Part shown: piece by piece, positions 37,260-47,689 of the stretch
Layout: every line of letters starts with the position of its first letter
How positions within the stretch are numbered: the stretch's first letter is position 1
Source of the DNA: a bacterium
GTDB lineage: Bacteria; UBA8248
NCBI GenBank assembly: GCA_965219955.1
Contig: OZ244799.1
Coordinates: forward strand, 1,152,001 to 1,216,000
Length of the DNA: 64,000 nt
Reading direction: 5' to 3'
Made by a program: the position numbers and the translations under genes
Notes under the pieces: generated by a model
Databases searched by the model: none
The model's input: only the letters and a program-made list of their open reading frames with translations
What the model was told of the DNA's origin: nothing

Positions 37260-38018
37260 TTGAGTCGTTTGGACGGGAAAAGGGCGCTCGTGACGGGTGG
37301 GTCGCGCGGGATCGGCGAATGCGTGGCCCGGCGCTTCGCGGCGGAAGGTGCGAGCCTGTATCTGGCCGCCGATGGAACGCAGGATGAACTCGAAAACGTA
37401 GTGCGCGAATGCGGGGCCGCCGGAGGCGCGGCTTCTTTCGGCATCTTCGATCTGAGTGAAGAGGGCGCCGCCGAGCAAATGGTGGAGGCCGCAGCAAGCG
37501 CGCTGGGCGGCGTGGACGTTCTCGTGAACAACGCAGGAATCCGCGCCAGCCAACCCTTCGGCACGTTCTCGTATGCGGATTTCGGCCGCGTGGTCGCCGT
37601 GAACCTGCGCGCTCCGTTCTTCGCGAGCCAAGCGGTGTTGCCGCTCATGCGGGAGGCGGGCGGCGGGCGAATCATCCACGTCGCGAGCCAGTTGGGCTCC
37701 GTGGCGGCGCGCAATACCGCGCTCTACAGCGCTACGAAGGCGGCGCTGATCCAGCTCACCCGCTCCATGGCGCTCGAACTCGCCGGCGAGAACATTCTGG
37801 TGAACGCCGTCAGCCCGGGCCCCACGGCGACGGAATATCTCAAGAAACACGCCTATAAAACGCCTGAGGAGCGCGCGCAACGTCTCGGCACAGTACCGAT
37901 GGGGCGTTTCGGCGAGCCGGACGAGATAGCGGGCGCCGTGGCGTTTCTCGCCTCCGGGGACGCTTCTTTCGTCCACGGGCACAACCTTGTGGTGGACGGC
38001 GGCTATATCATTCATTGA
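37260..38018 (+). CDS. SDR family oxidoreductase
   Basis: VTGGSRGIG, LVNNAG, YSATK, VNAVSPG, VVDGG; TTG start inferred. Confidence 0.92.
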   Translation: MSRLDGKRALVTGGSRGIGECVARRFAAEGASLYLAADGTQDELENVVRECGAAGGAASFGIFDLSEEGAAEQMVEAAASALGGVDVLVNNAGIRASQPFGTFSYADFGRVVAVNLRAPFFASQAVLPLMREAGGGRIIHVASQLGSVAARNTALYSATKAALIQLTRSMALELAGENILVNAVSPGPTATEYLKKHAYKTPEERAQRLGTVPMGRFGEPDEIAGAVAFLASGDASFVHGHNLVVDGGYIIH

Positions 38019-38114
38019 TGATGCAGGAGCATAAAGAACTTTTCGTATCCGATATCGGCGGGTGAGGGATATCCTCCAGACGCCGCATTCAAAAGGAGCT
38101 TGAGAGCCGTGAGC

Positions 38115-38993
38115 ATGAAAGTGGGAGTCGTAGGATTGGGCGTCATGGGCGGCGCGTTTTCGGGCCACATGCTGGACGCCGGCATGGAAGTGGCGGGCTA
38201 CGACCCGCTCGATGCGATGTACGAGAAATTCGAGGGCAGGAACCTGCGCCGGGCGTCCTCGCCCGCGGACGCCGCCGACGGAGCCGACCTGGTGATGACC
38301 TCGCTCCCGAACTACAGGGTCGTCGGCGAGGCGGTGACGGGCGAAGGAGGGGTTCTAGAGGGAATCTCCTCCGGCGGCATCATCGCCGACATGAGCACGG
38401 TTCCCCCCAAATTCTCCAAGGAGATGGCGGAAAAAGCGGGGGAGAAGGGCGTGAGCTGGCTCGATTGCCCCGTAAGCGGCGTGGGGAAGCAGGCCGCCGT
38501 GAAAGACCTGGTGGTGATGGCCGCGGGCCCCAGGGCCGCATTCGATAAGGCGAAGCCCGCCTTCGACGCCATCGGCAAGAAGACGGTTTTCGTGAGCGAG
38601 CAGAACGGGCTGGCCGCCCAACTCAAGCTCGTGGTGAATCTCGTGCTCTTCATCAACATGGCGGGGGCGTGTGAGGGCCTCACGCTCGGCCTCAAGGCGG
38701 GAATCCCCGAAGACGTGATGCTCGAGACGCTATGTTCCGGCGCTGCGGGGTCGAACGTGCTCGACGTGCGCGGCAAGGACATGCTGGCCGGGAATTTCCC
38801 GGAATCCGGCCCGATTTGGATTGTGCTCAAGGACCTCGAATGCGCCATCGACTCCGCCAAGGACCTCGACGTGCCCGTGCCGCTCGGCGGCCTGCTGGAG
38901 CACTTCTTCATGGCTCAGCGAAGCAAGGGCAGGCAGCATGAGGACGGCAGCTCGATTTTCCGCATCTACCAGGAGTTGGCGAACATCGCCTGA
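38115..38993 (+). CDS. NAD(P)-dependent oxidoreductase, 3-hydroxyisobutyrate dehydrogenase family
   Basis: GVVGLGVMG, DMSTVPP, LDCPVSG, LKLVVN, KDL. Confidence 0.9.
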   Translation: MKVGVVGLGVMGGAFSGHMLDAGMEVAGYDPLDAMYEKFEGRNLRRASSPADAADGADLVMTSLPNYRVVGEAVTGEGGVLEGISSGGIIADMSTVPPKFSKEMAEKAGEKGVSWLDCPVSGVGKQAAVKDLVVMAAGPRAAFDKAKPAFDAIGKKTVFVSEQNGLAAQLKLVVNLVLFINMAGACEGLTLGLKAGIPEDVMLETLCSGAAGSNVLDVRGKDMLAGNFPESGPIWIVLKDLECAIDSAKDLDVPVPLGGLLEHFFMAQRSKGRQHEDGSSIFRIYQELANIA

Positions 38994-39048
38994 TGCCGAA
39001 GAAGAAAAGCGCGGCTTATGGGTCGATCCGCCGCGGCGCGTCGTTTAT

Positions 39049-39297
39049 GGGTTTGTTCAATAACCTCTGACCCTTGCTTCGACGTATCGACCTCGCCCTG
39101 AGTAGCCGCCCCTCGACTTCGTTCGGGGCAGGCTCCGCCGTCCCCCCACTTTCCTCACCCTGAGTAGCGGCGAAGCCGCGTATCGAAGGGCGTCTCCTTC
39201 AACAAACTCGGGACGGGCTCTTGATGCGCCCGGGCTCTCCCTCGATACGGCGCGCAAGCGCGCCTGCTCGGGATGAGGAGGGGTTTTCAACAGTCCT
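39049..39297. repeat. Degenerate TIR element with TCATCC/TCGA repeats, flanked by a 19-bp direct repeat
   Basis: Degenerate left end GGGTTTGTTCAATAA, right end TTTTCAACAGTCC; GTCGATCCGCCGYGGCGCG at 39022-39040 and 39304-39322. Confidence 0.55.
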
Positions 39298-39473
39298 TTG
39301 CGAGTCGATCCGCCGTGGCGCGCTCGTCGGGTCCCGACCGTTTCTCCGTCTCAGGGGGAGTGGATGAGCAGGTCATGTTATGGTTGAACTATTTTATATA
39401 AATTACTGAAATATAATTTATTAAATTACAATAGGCTGGCGAATCGAAGGCTTCTCCCTCACAACCCGCGCTC

Positions 39474-39719
39474 CTATCCGATGACGGATGAGCGGATAAT
39501 CTGGCGCAACTCCTCGTCGTTCAGCGAGGCGATTTGCTCGAAGGTGATGAGGGCGGTGGTGTCCGGGTCGCCCCGGTCCCCCCACCAGAGCCGGAAACTC
39601 TTCTCCTGGTAGCTGTAGCGGATGTCCGCATCGACGCCCTCGATCTCTCCGCCCAGGATGCGGCTGATGCGCTCGGCCATGATGCGGCTGTATTTTCTCT
39701 GCGCTTCGATGTCTTCCAC
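39474..39719 (-). CDS. Small hypothetical protein
   Basis: GGAG RBS before GTG; 81 aa with protein-like composition and GC-rich third codon positions; no family recognised. Confidence 0.55.
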   Translation of the reverse strand: MEDIEAQRKYSRIMAERISRILGGEIEGVDADIRYSYQEKSFRLWWGDRGDPDTTALITFEQIASLNDEELRQIIRSSVIG

Positions 39720-39858
39720 GAAAGCGTCTCCCCATCCTTTTCGGTGATTTCCAATGAAGCGATGCGCCGGATGGTTTCTTATCATCCCTCGAATCGCCGC
39801 TTTTCCGCGCCTTTCGAGCCTCTCCTGCTATTAGCAGAAGTCGAGGCGTCATGAAAGC

Positions 39859-40620
39859 CTACAGGTGATACGTCTTTCCCTCTTCGAGCACTTCGATTCT
39901 CGCCTCGCCCAGCGCCTCGATTTCCGCCATCGTCTCATCGCCGTACTGGGCCTTGATGTGAAAGATGTAGACGGGAACGTCGGGCGGCATTTTTCGCATC
40001 TCCGCATGGAGCATGGCGGGGGTCAAGTGCCTGGTCATGCGAGCGAGTTCCTCCATCCTGTTCGGAAACGACACCTCGGTAATGATGGCGCGCAGATTGC
40101 CCACTTCGGCGGCGCCTCGCCAGATGGCCTCGGTCGGCCCCGTGTCGCTTGTGTAGAGCAGCGCGCTTTCTCCGTCCTGGATGATGAAGCCAAAGGTCGG
40201 CCCCTTGTGGTCGACTGCGTAGGGAGTAATTCGGATTCCGCCCAGGGAGCGGCTTTCCATCTCCTCGATGGCGGAGAAATCGAGTATCGGTTTATCTTCG
40301 TGGCAAATCTCGCAAAAATCCGGCCAGACGGCGTTGTTGAAGATGGACTTCTGGATTTGCTCCAGAACGTCGCGCGCGCCGATGACCTTGAGCGAATCCT
40401 CCCGCAAGCCGAAGATGTTGTCCGCGAGGTAGGGCAGTTCCGCGATGTGATCCAGATGCGCGTGGGAGACCACGACGCCGGTGAGCCCGGCCTGCTCCTC
40501 GATGGTGAGGCCCGAGGCGGCCGAACCGCCCTCAAGCAGCAACTCCTCGTTGATGAGAAAAGACGTCAGATGATATCCGGGCGCTTTACCGCCCGCGCAG
40601 CCCAGCACACGGAATTGGAT
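39859..40620 (-). CDS. 3',5'-cyclic-nucleotide phosphodiesterase, MBL fold (class II-like)
   Basis: RVLGCAGG, SHAHLDHI, IFNNAVWPDF, SDTGPT, EVSFPN, HLTP, FHIK; start ATC 40620 or GTG 40608. Confidence 0.85.
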   Translation of the reverse strand: MQFRVLGCAGGKAPGYHLTSFLINEELLLEGGSAASGLTIEEQAGLTGVVVSHAHLDHIAELPYLADNIFGLREDSLKVIGARDVLEQIQKSIFNNAVWPDFCEICHEDKPILDFSAIEEMESRSLGGIRITPYAVDHKGPTFGFIIQDGESALLYTSDTGPTEAIWRGAAEVGNLRAIITEVSFPNRMEELARMTRHLTPAMLHAEMRKMPPDVPVYIFHIKAQYGDETMAEIEALGEARIEVLEEGKTYHL

Positions 40621-40718
40621 GGCCTCTCCTCCGCCCTGAACCTCGTGAAGGTGAAGAATCTTTCTCTTTCGGCCTGATTATAGGCACAGCAGAATCGTCT
40701 TGGGAAGATGTTATTTTT

Positions 40719-41444
40719 CTAAATTGTTTCCCATTTGCCGCTTTTGGAGCGCCTGCGCTTCCCGAAATCATCCATCTGCGCGACGGTGGCGGCGGGGAAT
40801 ATGGGGCCGTCCGTGCAAACGCGCCAGCCCGAGCAGGTGCATTGGCCGCAAAGGCCGACGGCGCACTTCATGTACCGTTCGATAGCGAAATACGTCCGCT
40901 CGGCGGGGAGTTTCGGCAGGCACGCGGCCATCATCCGCTCGGGGCCGCAGACGGCGTAGCTATCCGCCTCGACGGGCAGGAGTTCGGTCACCAGGCCCTT
41001 GTGTCCCAAAGCGCCGTCTTCGGTGGCGACGTGGACGGGGCCGAGTTCCCTGAATTCCTCATAAAAGAGAATCTCATCCGCCGTGCGCCCGCCGAGGACG
41101 AAACAGGGTTCCTCGGATGCGAGGGCCAGGAGCCTCAGTTCCGCAATCCCCACGCCGCCGCCGATGAGCGCAGGCTTTTTGAGGGGCGGATAGCCCTGCC
41201 CCAGGGGGCCGCGCAGCCCGATTTCGTCTCCAGGTTTTACTTCGGCCAGTTGTTCGGTGAAGACGCCCGCTTTTTTCACGGTGACGGCGTTGGGGTAGGA
41301 GAGCGTGAAGGGTTTTTCTCCCAGACGCGGCAGCCAGACCATCATGAACTGTCCGGGCTGTGATTCAATTTCCTCGTCGAAGAAAATCGTGTGCGTCCAC
41401 GCGCTCTCTTGGCGGTTTTCCACGACCGTGTAAACGCTACGCAC
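40719..41444 (-). CDS. pyrK: Dihydroorotate dehydrogenase electron-transfer subunit
   Basis: PGQFMMVW...EKPF, RGPLGQG, GGGVGIA, CGPERM, ERYMKCAVGLCGQC...VCTDGP; adjacent to pyrD. Confidence 0.9.
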   Translation of the reverse strand: MRSVYTVVENRQESAWTHTIFFDEEIESQPGQFMMVWLPRLGEKPFTLSYPNAVTVKKAGVFTEQLAEVKPGDEIGLRGPLGQGYPPLKKPALIGGGVGIAELRLLALASEEPCFVLGGRTADEILFYEEFRELGPVHVATEDGALGHKGLVTELLPVEADSYAVCGPERMMAACLPKLPAERTYFAIERYMKCAVGLCGQCTCSGWRVCTDGPIFPAATVAQMDDFGKRRRSKSGKWETI

Positions 41445-42372
41445 CGGAACCGCCTCCTTCCGCCGGACGGTGCGCCGCGCCGATAAGCACGGACATGGGC
41501 TCGCCGTCCAGATATTCCTGAATCCCCTCCCAGATATCGCGGGTGAGGGCGGCCGCCTCGAACGTGCTCTTGCGCATGAAGGCGGTGCCGATTCCCAGTA
41601 TGCTTGCGCCCGCGAGAATGTATTCCACGGCGTCCTCCCAGGTTTCGATTCCCCCGTATGCGACGATGGGACAGCGAAAGCGCGCGTATGCTTCATACGT
41701 CATGCGCAGGTTGACGGGCTTGAGCGCAGGGCCGCTGATGCCGCCCGTCGTGCCTGCGAGAATCGCCGCGCGGCTCCGGATGTCCACCGCAAGGCCCGGC
41801 CCCAGCGTGTTTCCGCAGCCTAGGGCGTCCGCGCCCGCGCTCATGCACGAATCCGCCACGGCGAGATAATCGCTGTTGGGCGAGAGCTTGGCGATGACGG
41901 GCTTATCCGTCTCCCCGCGCACGCGCTCGATGACCTCTGCGGAGAGTGCGGGGTTCTGGCCGATGCTCTCCATGATGGTCTGCTCGCCCGGCTCCTTGTT
42001 GGGACAGCCCAGGTTCACCTCGATGGCGTCTGAGAACTTCGACATCCGGCCCGTGACGCCTGCGAACTCCCGGGAATCTCCGCCGTAGACGGAGACGATG
42101 AGCTTCGCTTTTTTAAGTTTTATCTCTTCCAGGTCGCGCTCCCAGTCCTCGGCGCTTTGCGTCGGCAGGGCGAGGGAGTTGAGCACCGCGCCGTCGGGGG
42201 GGTATACAACCACGGGGTTGTCGTTGCCGGGTTTCTCGCGGGGGCCGACGGATTTCGTGACGTAGCCGCCCAGGCAAGCGCCCGCGCTCTCGAAAGCGGA
42301 GAACACTTCCGGGTAGCTCAGGATGCCGCTGGCGTTGATCAGGGGCGGGTCGATCCTGGGGAGCGGTATCAC
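41437..42372 (-). CDS. pyrD: Dihydroorotate dehydrogenase class 1B catalytic subunit
   Basis: INASG, VTKS..GN.NP, EVNLGCPN, AKLSPN, NT, GGISGPALKP, GGI...DAVEYILAGA. Confidence 0.9.
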   Translation of the reverse strand: MIPLPRIDPPLINASGILSYPEVFSAFESAGACLGGYVTKSVGPREKPGNDNPVVVYPPDGAVLNSLALPTQSAEDWERDLEEIKLKKAKLIVSVYGGDSREFAGVTGRMSKFSDAIEVNLGCPNKEPGEQTIMESIGQNPALSAEVIERVRGETDKPVIAKLSPNSDYLAVADSCMSAGADALGCGNTLGPGLAVDIRSRAAILAGTTGGISGPALKPVNLRMTYEAYARFRCPIVAYGGIETWEDAVEYILAGASILGIGTAFMRKSTFEAAALTRDIWEGIQEYLDGEPMSVLIGAAHRPAEGGGSGA

Positions 42373-42624
42373 GGTCTGTTGCCCCTCCCGGGATGAGATT
42401 GCGGGCGGACGGGCTCGATGCGTGGAGTATAGTGGGTATGGGCGTCTCAAGCCAACTTGCAATAGGCAAAATCCACGCCTCGGGGGCGCATCGGCGTACC
42501 GGTTTATTGCAAAATGCCCGAAATGGTGGTCTAAATGGCCTTGTTCGCCCTTTCCCGCGGATGAGAAGGGAAACGGCTGTTTCGCAATCGCAAGGTATTC
42601 TCTTGCGCTGAGAGGGAAAATCCC

Positions 42625-43392
42625 GTGGTCGCCATTCTGATCGCCTGTTATCTCGTGGCTGCGCTCACGCACCTGTATCTGCTCTGCACGGGCAGGTCCG
42701 CGGGCGTCGTCTACGGGGTTGGGGCGCTTCTCATCGGGTTCGCCCTTCACACCCTCATGCTGGGGGTGAGCTTCGCCTCCGGTACGCCGGAGGGCTGGGG
42801 GTTATGGCTGAGCGGGATGGCGTGGGTGATCATCCTGATGTACCTGATCGTCTACGCACGCTACCGCGACATCGCCCTGGGCGGTTTCGCCGTGCCGGCG
42901 GCCTTCATTCTCGAGGGCTACGCATCCGCCTTTCCCGGCGTGTGGGGCGCGGGTTCAATCGCCGTGCAGGGCTATTTGCTCAAGGGCCACGCCGTGCTCG
43001 CGCTGCTGAGCTGGGGCGCGTTTTTTCTGCTCTTCGCCTCGGCGCTCATGTATCTTGTGCAGTCCCAGCAGCTGAAATCAAGACGTCCCAGCGCCTGGCT
43101 GCATCGCCTGCCCTCGCTCGATATCCTGGACGATTTGAACCACAAGATTCTCTATTTCGGCTTTGCGTTTCTGACGGCTAGTCTGCTGCTCGGCTCGATG
43201 TGGGCGAAATCGCGCCACGGCGCCTACTGGAGTCTCGATCCGGTGCGCACATGGCCGCTGATACTCATCTGGGGGGCGTACGGCCTCCTGCTCGTCTGCC
43301 GGCTCACCAGAAGCTGGAAGGGAAAGCGCTCCGCCGTTTTCTCGATGGTGGCCTTCTTCGCCGCGCTCCTCGCGCTGGTGGTTCACTTCTAG
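42625..43392 (+). CDS. Cytochrome c assembly (CcsA/HemX-like) membrane protein
   Basis: Multiple TM helices; YLVQ.QQLK, RLPSLDILD, LLGSMWA...G.YW..DP; directly upstream of hemA. Confidence 0.85.
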   Translation: MVAILIACYLVAALTHLYLLCTGRSAGVVYGVGALLIGFALHTLMLGVSFASGTPEGWGLWLSGMAWVIILMYLIVYARYRDIALGGFAVPAAFILEGYASAFPGVWGAGSIAVQGYLLKGHAVLALLSWGAFFLLFASALMYLVQSQQLKSRRPSAWLHRLPSLDILDDLNHKILYFGFAFLTASLLLGSMWAKSRHGAYWSLDPVRTWPLILIWGAYGLLLVCRLTRSWKGKRSAVFSMVAFFAALLALVVHF

Positions 43393-43405
43393 GGGACGTG
43401 GGGAT

Positions 43406-44716
43406 ATGTCCATCATTCTCGCCGGCGTGAGCCATCACAACACGCCGCTCAGCATTCGCGAGCGCCTCTATTTCCCTGAAACCCACATGGACGAGTGGCT
43501 CGACCGGCTGGCGGGCTACAGCGGGCTGGAGGAGCGCATCATCCTCTCGACCTGCAACCGGGTGGAAGTCTACAGCGCGGCGGAGGATTTCGAGCAGGGC
43601 CTCGACGCGATTCACCGCTTTTTTCTGGAATCGCGCGACATCGGCGCCGATGAACTGAATGCCCACCTCTACGTTCACCGCGAGGCAGAAGCCACCCGGC
43701 ACCTGTTCACCGTGGCGTCGAGCCTCGATTCCATGGTGGTGGGCGAGCCGCAGATCCTGGGGCAGGTGAAAGAGGCCTACCGTGTCGCCGAGGCCTCGGG
43801 CCACGCCGGAAAGGCGCTCACCAACCTCTTCTCCCGCGCGTTTCGCGTGGCGAAGAAAATCCGCGAGCAAACCCCTATCGGCGAGTCGCCCGTGTCGGTG
43901 AGTTCGGTCGCCGTGGATCTGGCGAAAAGAATTTTCGGCTCCCTTGCGGGCAAGAACGTGCTCCTGCTCGGGGCGGGCGAGATGGGCGAAGCGGCGGCGA
44001 GGCATCTCAAGGCGAGCGGGGCCGACAACCTCCACGTCGCGAACAGGACGCTCGCCCGCGCCCAGGAATTGGCTTCCAGGCTCAAGGGCGGCGTCGTGAG
44101 TTTCGACAACCTGGAAGGAGCGCTCATCGACGCCGATATCGTCATCGCATCGACGGCCTCGCAGGGTTTCATATTGGACAAGCCGATAGTTGCCTCTGCA
44201 CTCGAACAACGCCGCGACGCGCCTGTCTTTCTCATCGACATCGCCGTGCCGAGGAACGTCGCGCCCGACGTGAACGACCTCGAAGACGCCTATCTCTACG
44301 ACGTGGACGATCTTCAGTCCGTCGCGGCGGACAACCTGCGTGGCCGCGAGGAAATCGCCCGCGACGCGCGCGCTATCCTCGAAAGCGAGGTGCAGACCTA
44401 TCTCGCCCGGCAGCAGGCGGAGGAACTCAGGCATACCTTCGCGGCCATACGCTTCTTCGCGGAGTCGATGCGGCAGGAGGAAGTTCAAAAAACTTTTCAA
44501 AGACTGCCCGAACTGGGCGAAGAGGGCCGCGATGCGCTCGACGCCATGACGAAGGCGCTCGTCAATAAACTCCTTCACCATCCCTTCGCCGTCTTGCGCC
44601 AGATGTCGGAGGAAGACGTGGAGGGCATTTCGGTCGAATCTGTCCAGAAACTCTTCGGTGTGGAGCCTGAAAGCGATGAAGGCCCCTCCGAAGCGTCGAC
44701 AGAAGATGCGGACTGA
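43406..44716 (+). CDS. hemA: Glutamyl-tRNA reductase
   Basis: LSTCNRVE, SSLDSMVVGEPQILGQVK, GAGEMG, ANRT, DIAVPRN, KLLHHP. Confidence 0.97.
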   Translation: MSIILAGVSHHNTPLSIRERLYFPETHMDEWLDRLAGYSGLEERIILSTCNRVEVYSAAEDFEQGLDAIHRFFLESRDIGADELNAHLYVHREAEATRHLFTVASSLDSMVVGEPQILGQVKEAYRVAEASGHAGKALTNLFSRAFRVAKKIREQTPIGESPVSVSSVAVDLAKRIFGSLAGKNVLLLGAGEMGEAAARHLKASGADNLHVANRTLARAQELASRLKGGVVSFDNLEGALIDADIVIASTASQGFILDKPIVASALEQRRDAPVFLIDIAVPRNVAPDVNDLEDAYLYDVDDLQSVAADNLRGREEIARDARAILESEVQTYLARQQAEELRHTFAAIRFFAESMRQEEVQKTFQRLPELGEEGRDALDAMTKALVNKLLHHPFAVLRQMSEEDVEGISVESVQKLFGVEPESDEGPSEASTEDAD

Positions 44717-44718
44717 AA

Positions 44719-45639
44719 ATGAACGACACACTGCGCCTCGGCACGCGGGGCAGCGCGTTGGCGCGCGCGCAGACGGCGGGGGTGGCCGAGCGGTTGAAGG
44801 AATTGAATCCGGGCCTCGCCGTGGAGGAAGTCATCGTCCGCACGCGGGGTGACGCCATGCTCGGCTCCCCGGTCCACGAGTTGGGCGGCAAGGGCCTTTT
44901 CGTGAAAGAGATTGAGGATGCCCTGCTGGGAGGCGAAATCGACGCCGCCGTCCATAGCTTGAAAGACCTGCCGAGCGAAATGCCGGAAGGCCTTATCCTC
45001 GCCGCAATCCCCGAAAGGGAGGAACCCTGGGACGCTATTGTCTCGCGGGGCGGAGAGTCGATTCGCGGTCTCGCGCCGGGCAGCAGAATCGGTACGAGCA
45101 GCTTGCGGCGTATCGCGCAGATCAGGCGCTACCGGAGCGATCTGGAGATCGTGGAGTTGCGCGGAAACGTGGATACCCGACTCGAAAAAGTGGCGGCGGG
45201 CGAGGTCGAAGCCGCGGTTCTCGCCCTGGCGGGGTTGAAACGCCTTGGACTCGAAGAGCGGGCGACGGAGTCGCTCGCACCCGAACTCATGCTGCCCGCC
45301 GCTGGACAGGGTGCGCTCGCCATCGAGACGAGGGAGGATGACGCGGCCACACGCCGCCTTGTTGAAGGGCTGGAACACCCGGAGACGAAACGGGTCGTGA
45401 TGGCCGAACGCGTCGTAATGGCGCGTCTCGAAGGAGGATGCCAGTTGCCCCTCGCCGTCTTCGCGGAGATTCGAAAAGCCGATTTCCAGATGAAAGCCCG
45501 CCTTGCGAGCGTCGACGGGGAGCGGATGGTGGAGAAGGAACGAACGGGGGCGCCCGATGATGCGGCGCGTATGGCGGAAGACCTGGCCGAGGACGTTCTC
45601 GCAAGCGGCGGGGCGGAGATATTGAGGGATGCGCGATGA
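44719..45639 (+). CDS. hemC: Hydroxymethylbilane synthase
   Basis: GTRGSALARAQ, GKGLFVKE, AVHSLKD, GTSSLRR, LRGNVDTRL, GQGAL, EGGC. Confidence 0.97.
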   Translation: MNDTLRLGTRGSALARAQTAGVAERLKELNPGLAVEEVIVRTRGDAMLGSPVHELGGKGLFVKEIEDALLGGEIDAAVHSLKDLPSEMPEGLILAAIPEREEPWDAIVSRGGESIRGLAPGSRIGTSSLRRIAQIRRYRSDLEIVELRGNVDTRLEKVAAGEVEAAVLALAGLKRLGLEERATESLAPELMLPAAGQGALAIETREDDAATRRLVEGLEHPETKRVVMAERVVMARLEGGCQLPLAVFAEIRKADFQMKARLASVDGERMVEKERTGAPDDAARMAEDLAEDVLASGGAEILRDAR

Positions 45640-46475
45640 GTGGTCTGCAGAGCCCAAAAGTGGACGCGCGTCCCCTCGCGGGCAAACGCATCCTCGTCAC
45701 ACGCCCCGAGGAGGGGGCCTCGCGCATGGGTGAGATGCTGGCGAAACTGGGCGCCTGCGTGCGTCTCGCGCCCATGATACGGATAGCGGCTCCTCAAGAT
45801 TGGGCGCCCGCCGATGTTGCGGTCCGCGCGCTGGATGCGTATCAGTGGATGATTTTCACGAGCGCGAACGGGCCGAAATATCTGGCGAAAAGGTTTAGGA
45901 CTCTGGGGGTTCCTCCCGAGGCGATTCCAGCGGGAACTTCGATTCTGGCTCTAGGACCCGCCACGGCCGCTGCGGTGGAGAAATATCTGGGAAGGACGCC
46001 CCAAAAAGTGGCCGGAAAATATGTGGCTGAGGGCGTTGTCGATCTCTTCAAGGGCGAGGACATGGCGGGGGAGCGCGTTTTGCTGGCCCGCGCGAAAGAG
46101 GGGAGAGACGCCATTCCCAAAGCGCTTCTGAAAATGGGGGCCGTCGTGGATGACGTGGCTGTCTACCGGACGACGCCTCTGGGGCGCGAGGCGCTTAGCG
46201 AGGTATGGGGAGAGCTTGAAGCGAGAAAAATTGATATGCTTACCTTCACGAGTTCCTCCGCGCTCGATGGCTTCATGCGAGCGGCGGGAGAGCAGACGGC
46301 GAAAGAGTGGATGAAACGCGCAAGAGTGGCATCCATCGGACCTGCGACCACGGCCACGGCGCGCAGGTGGGGCGTCGCGCCGGATGTCGAGGCCGCCGAA
46401 TCGACGATTCCCGGCATGGCGCAGGCCATCGTCGCTTATTACGGAAAACCGAAGCGAGGCAAGCAGGCCTCATGA
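45636..46475 (+). CDS. hemD: Uroporphyrinogen-III synthase
   Basis: ILVTRP, IFTSANG, GPATA, VYRT, FTSSS, SIGPAT. Confidence 0.92.
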   Translation: MSGLQSPKVDARPLAGKRILVTRPEEGASRMGEMLAKLGACVRLAPMIRIAAPQDWAPADVAVRALDAYQWMIFTSANGPKYLAKRFRTLGVPPEAIPAGTSILALGPATAAAVEKYLGRTPQKVAGKYVAEGVVDLFKGEDMAGERVLLARAKEGRDAIPKALLKMGAVVDDVAVYRTTPLGREALSEVWGELEARKIDMLTFTSSSALDGFMRAAGEQTAKEWMKRARVASIGPATTATARRWGVAPDVEAAESTIPGMAQAIVAYYGKPKRGKQAS

Positions 46476-46492
46476 ATAGGGAGTAGAAACCG

Positions 46493-47530
46493 ATGACGAG
46501 CAACGACGCCTTCACCCTCTCGGCAACCGGGAGCGACGTAAAAAACCGCACGAGGCGCACGCGGGAGACGGCCGCCATGCGGCGCATGGTGCGCGAGACG
46601 CATCTATCCGTGGACAACCTCATCTACCCGATGTTCGTGGTCGAGGGTGAGAACATCAAAGAGGAAATCTCCTCGATGCCCGGTCAATACCAGCTCTCCG
46701 TCGACCGTCTGGTGGCCGATTGTGAGGAAATCGTCGCTTTAGATATCCCCGGCGTCATCCTGTTCGGCATTCCGGATCACAAGGACGACGTGGCCAGCGA
46801 AGCCTACGCGGACGAGGGCGTCGTGCAGAACGCCGTACGCGCCTTGAAGGAGGCCTATCCCGATCTTTGCGTCGTCACGGACGTGTGTCTTTGCGAGTAC
46901 ATGGATCACGGCCATTGCGGCATCATCGAGGGCGAGAAGGTGCTGAACGACCCCACGCTCGAACTCCTCGACAGGACGGCGGTGAGCCACGCGGAGGCAG
47001 GGGCCGACATCATCGCCCCGTCGGACATGATGGATGGGCGGGTCGGCTCGATTCGCGCGACCCTGGATGCGAGCGGCTTCGCCCAGACGCCCATCATGGC
47101 CTACTCGTCGAAGTTCGCGAGCGCCTTCTACGGGCCTTTCCGCGAGGCGGCCGAAAGCGCGCCCGCCTTCGGCGACAGGAGTTCCTACCAGATGGACCCG
47201 GCCAACGCGCGCGAGGCGATGCGCGAGATAAGGATCGACATCGAGGAGGGGGCGGACATCGTGATGGTGAAGCCCGCCCTCGTTTATCTCGACATCATCG
47301 CCAGGGCGCGCGAGATAACCGACCTGCCCCTCGCGGCCTATAACGTCTCGGGCGAATTCGCCATGCTGGCCGCGGCGTGCCGAAACGGTTGGCTCGACCC
47401 CGAGCGCGCGTTCATGGAAACCCTCACCTCCATCCGCCGCGCGGGGGCGGACATCATCCTCACCTATTTCGCCAAAGACGCCGCGAGAAGACTCCGGGGA
47501 GACAAGGCGACGCCGCTCTCGTGGATGTAG
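46493..47530 (+). CDS. hemB: Porphobilinogen synthase (Zn-type)
   Basis: [50 protein letters not shown]. Confidence 0.97.
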   Translation: MTSNDAFTLSATGSDVKNRTRRTRETAAMRRMVRETHLSVDNLIYPMFVVEGENIKEEISSMPGQYQLSVDRLVADCEEIVALDIPGVILFGIPDHKDDVASEAYADEGVVQNAVRALKEAYPDLCVVTDVCLCEYMDHGHCGIIEGEKVLNDPTLELLDRTAVSHAEAGADIIAPSDMMDGRVGSIRATLDASGFAQTPIMAYSSKFASAFYGPFREAAESAPAFGDRSSYQMDPANAREAMREIRIDIEEGADIVMVKPALVYLDIIARAREITDLPLAAYNVSGEFAMLAAACRNGWLDPERAFMETLTSIRRAGADIILTYFAKDAARRLRGDKATPLSWM

Positions 47531-47552
47531 GAAGATTCAGGCAAGATGAAAA

Positions 47553-47586
47553 TTGACAAATTGCGAGATAGGGTATAATCTCGATA
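47553..47586 (+). promoter_or_regulatory. Possible sigma70 promoter with overlapping inverted repeat
   Basis: TTGACA (47553) and TATAAT (47574), but only a 15-nt spacer; CGAGAT-N8-ATCTCG straddles the -10 box. Confidence 0.4.
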
Positions 47587-47689
47587 ATTGAACGAATGGT
47601 TCAATAAAGCTGTCGAGACTCACGATTGGATGCTGGACGTTTGCTTTCCGCCTTTGCATATTCGCCTCAAAGAAAGAAGTGGTGACGGC

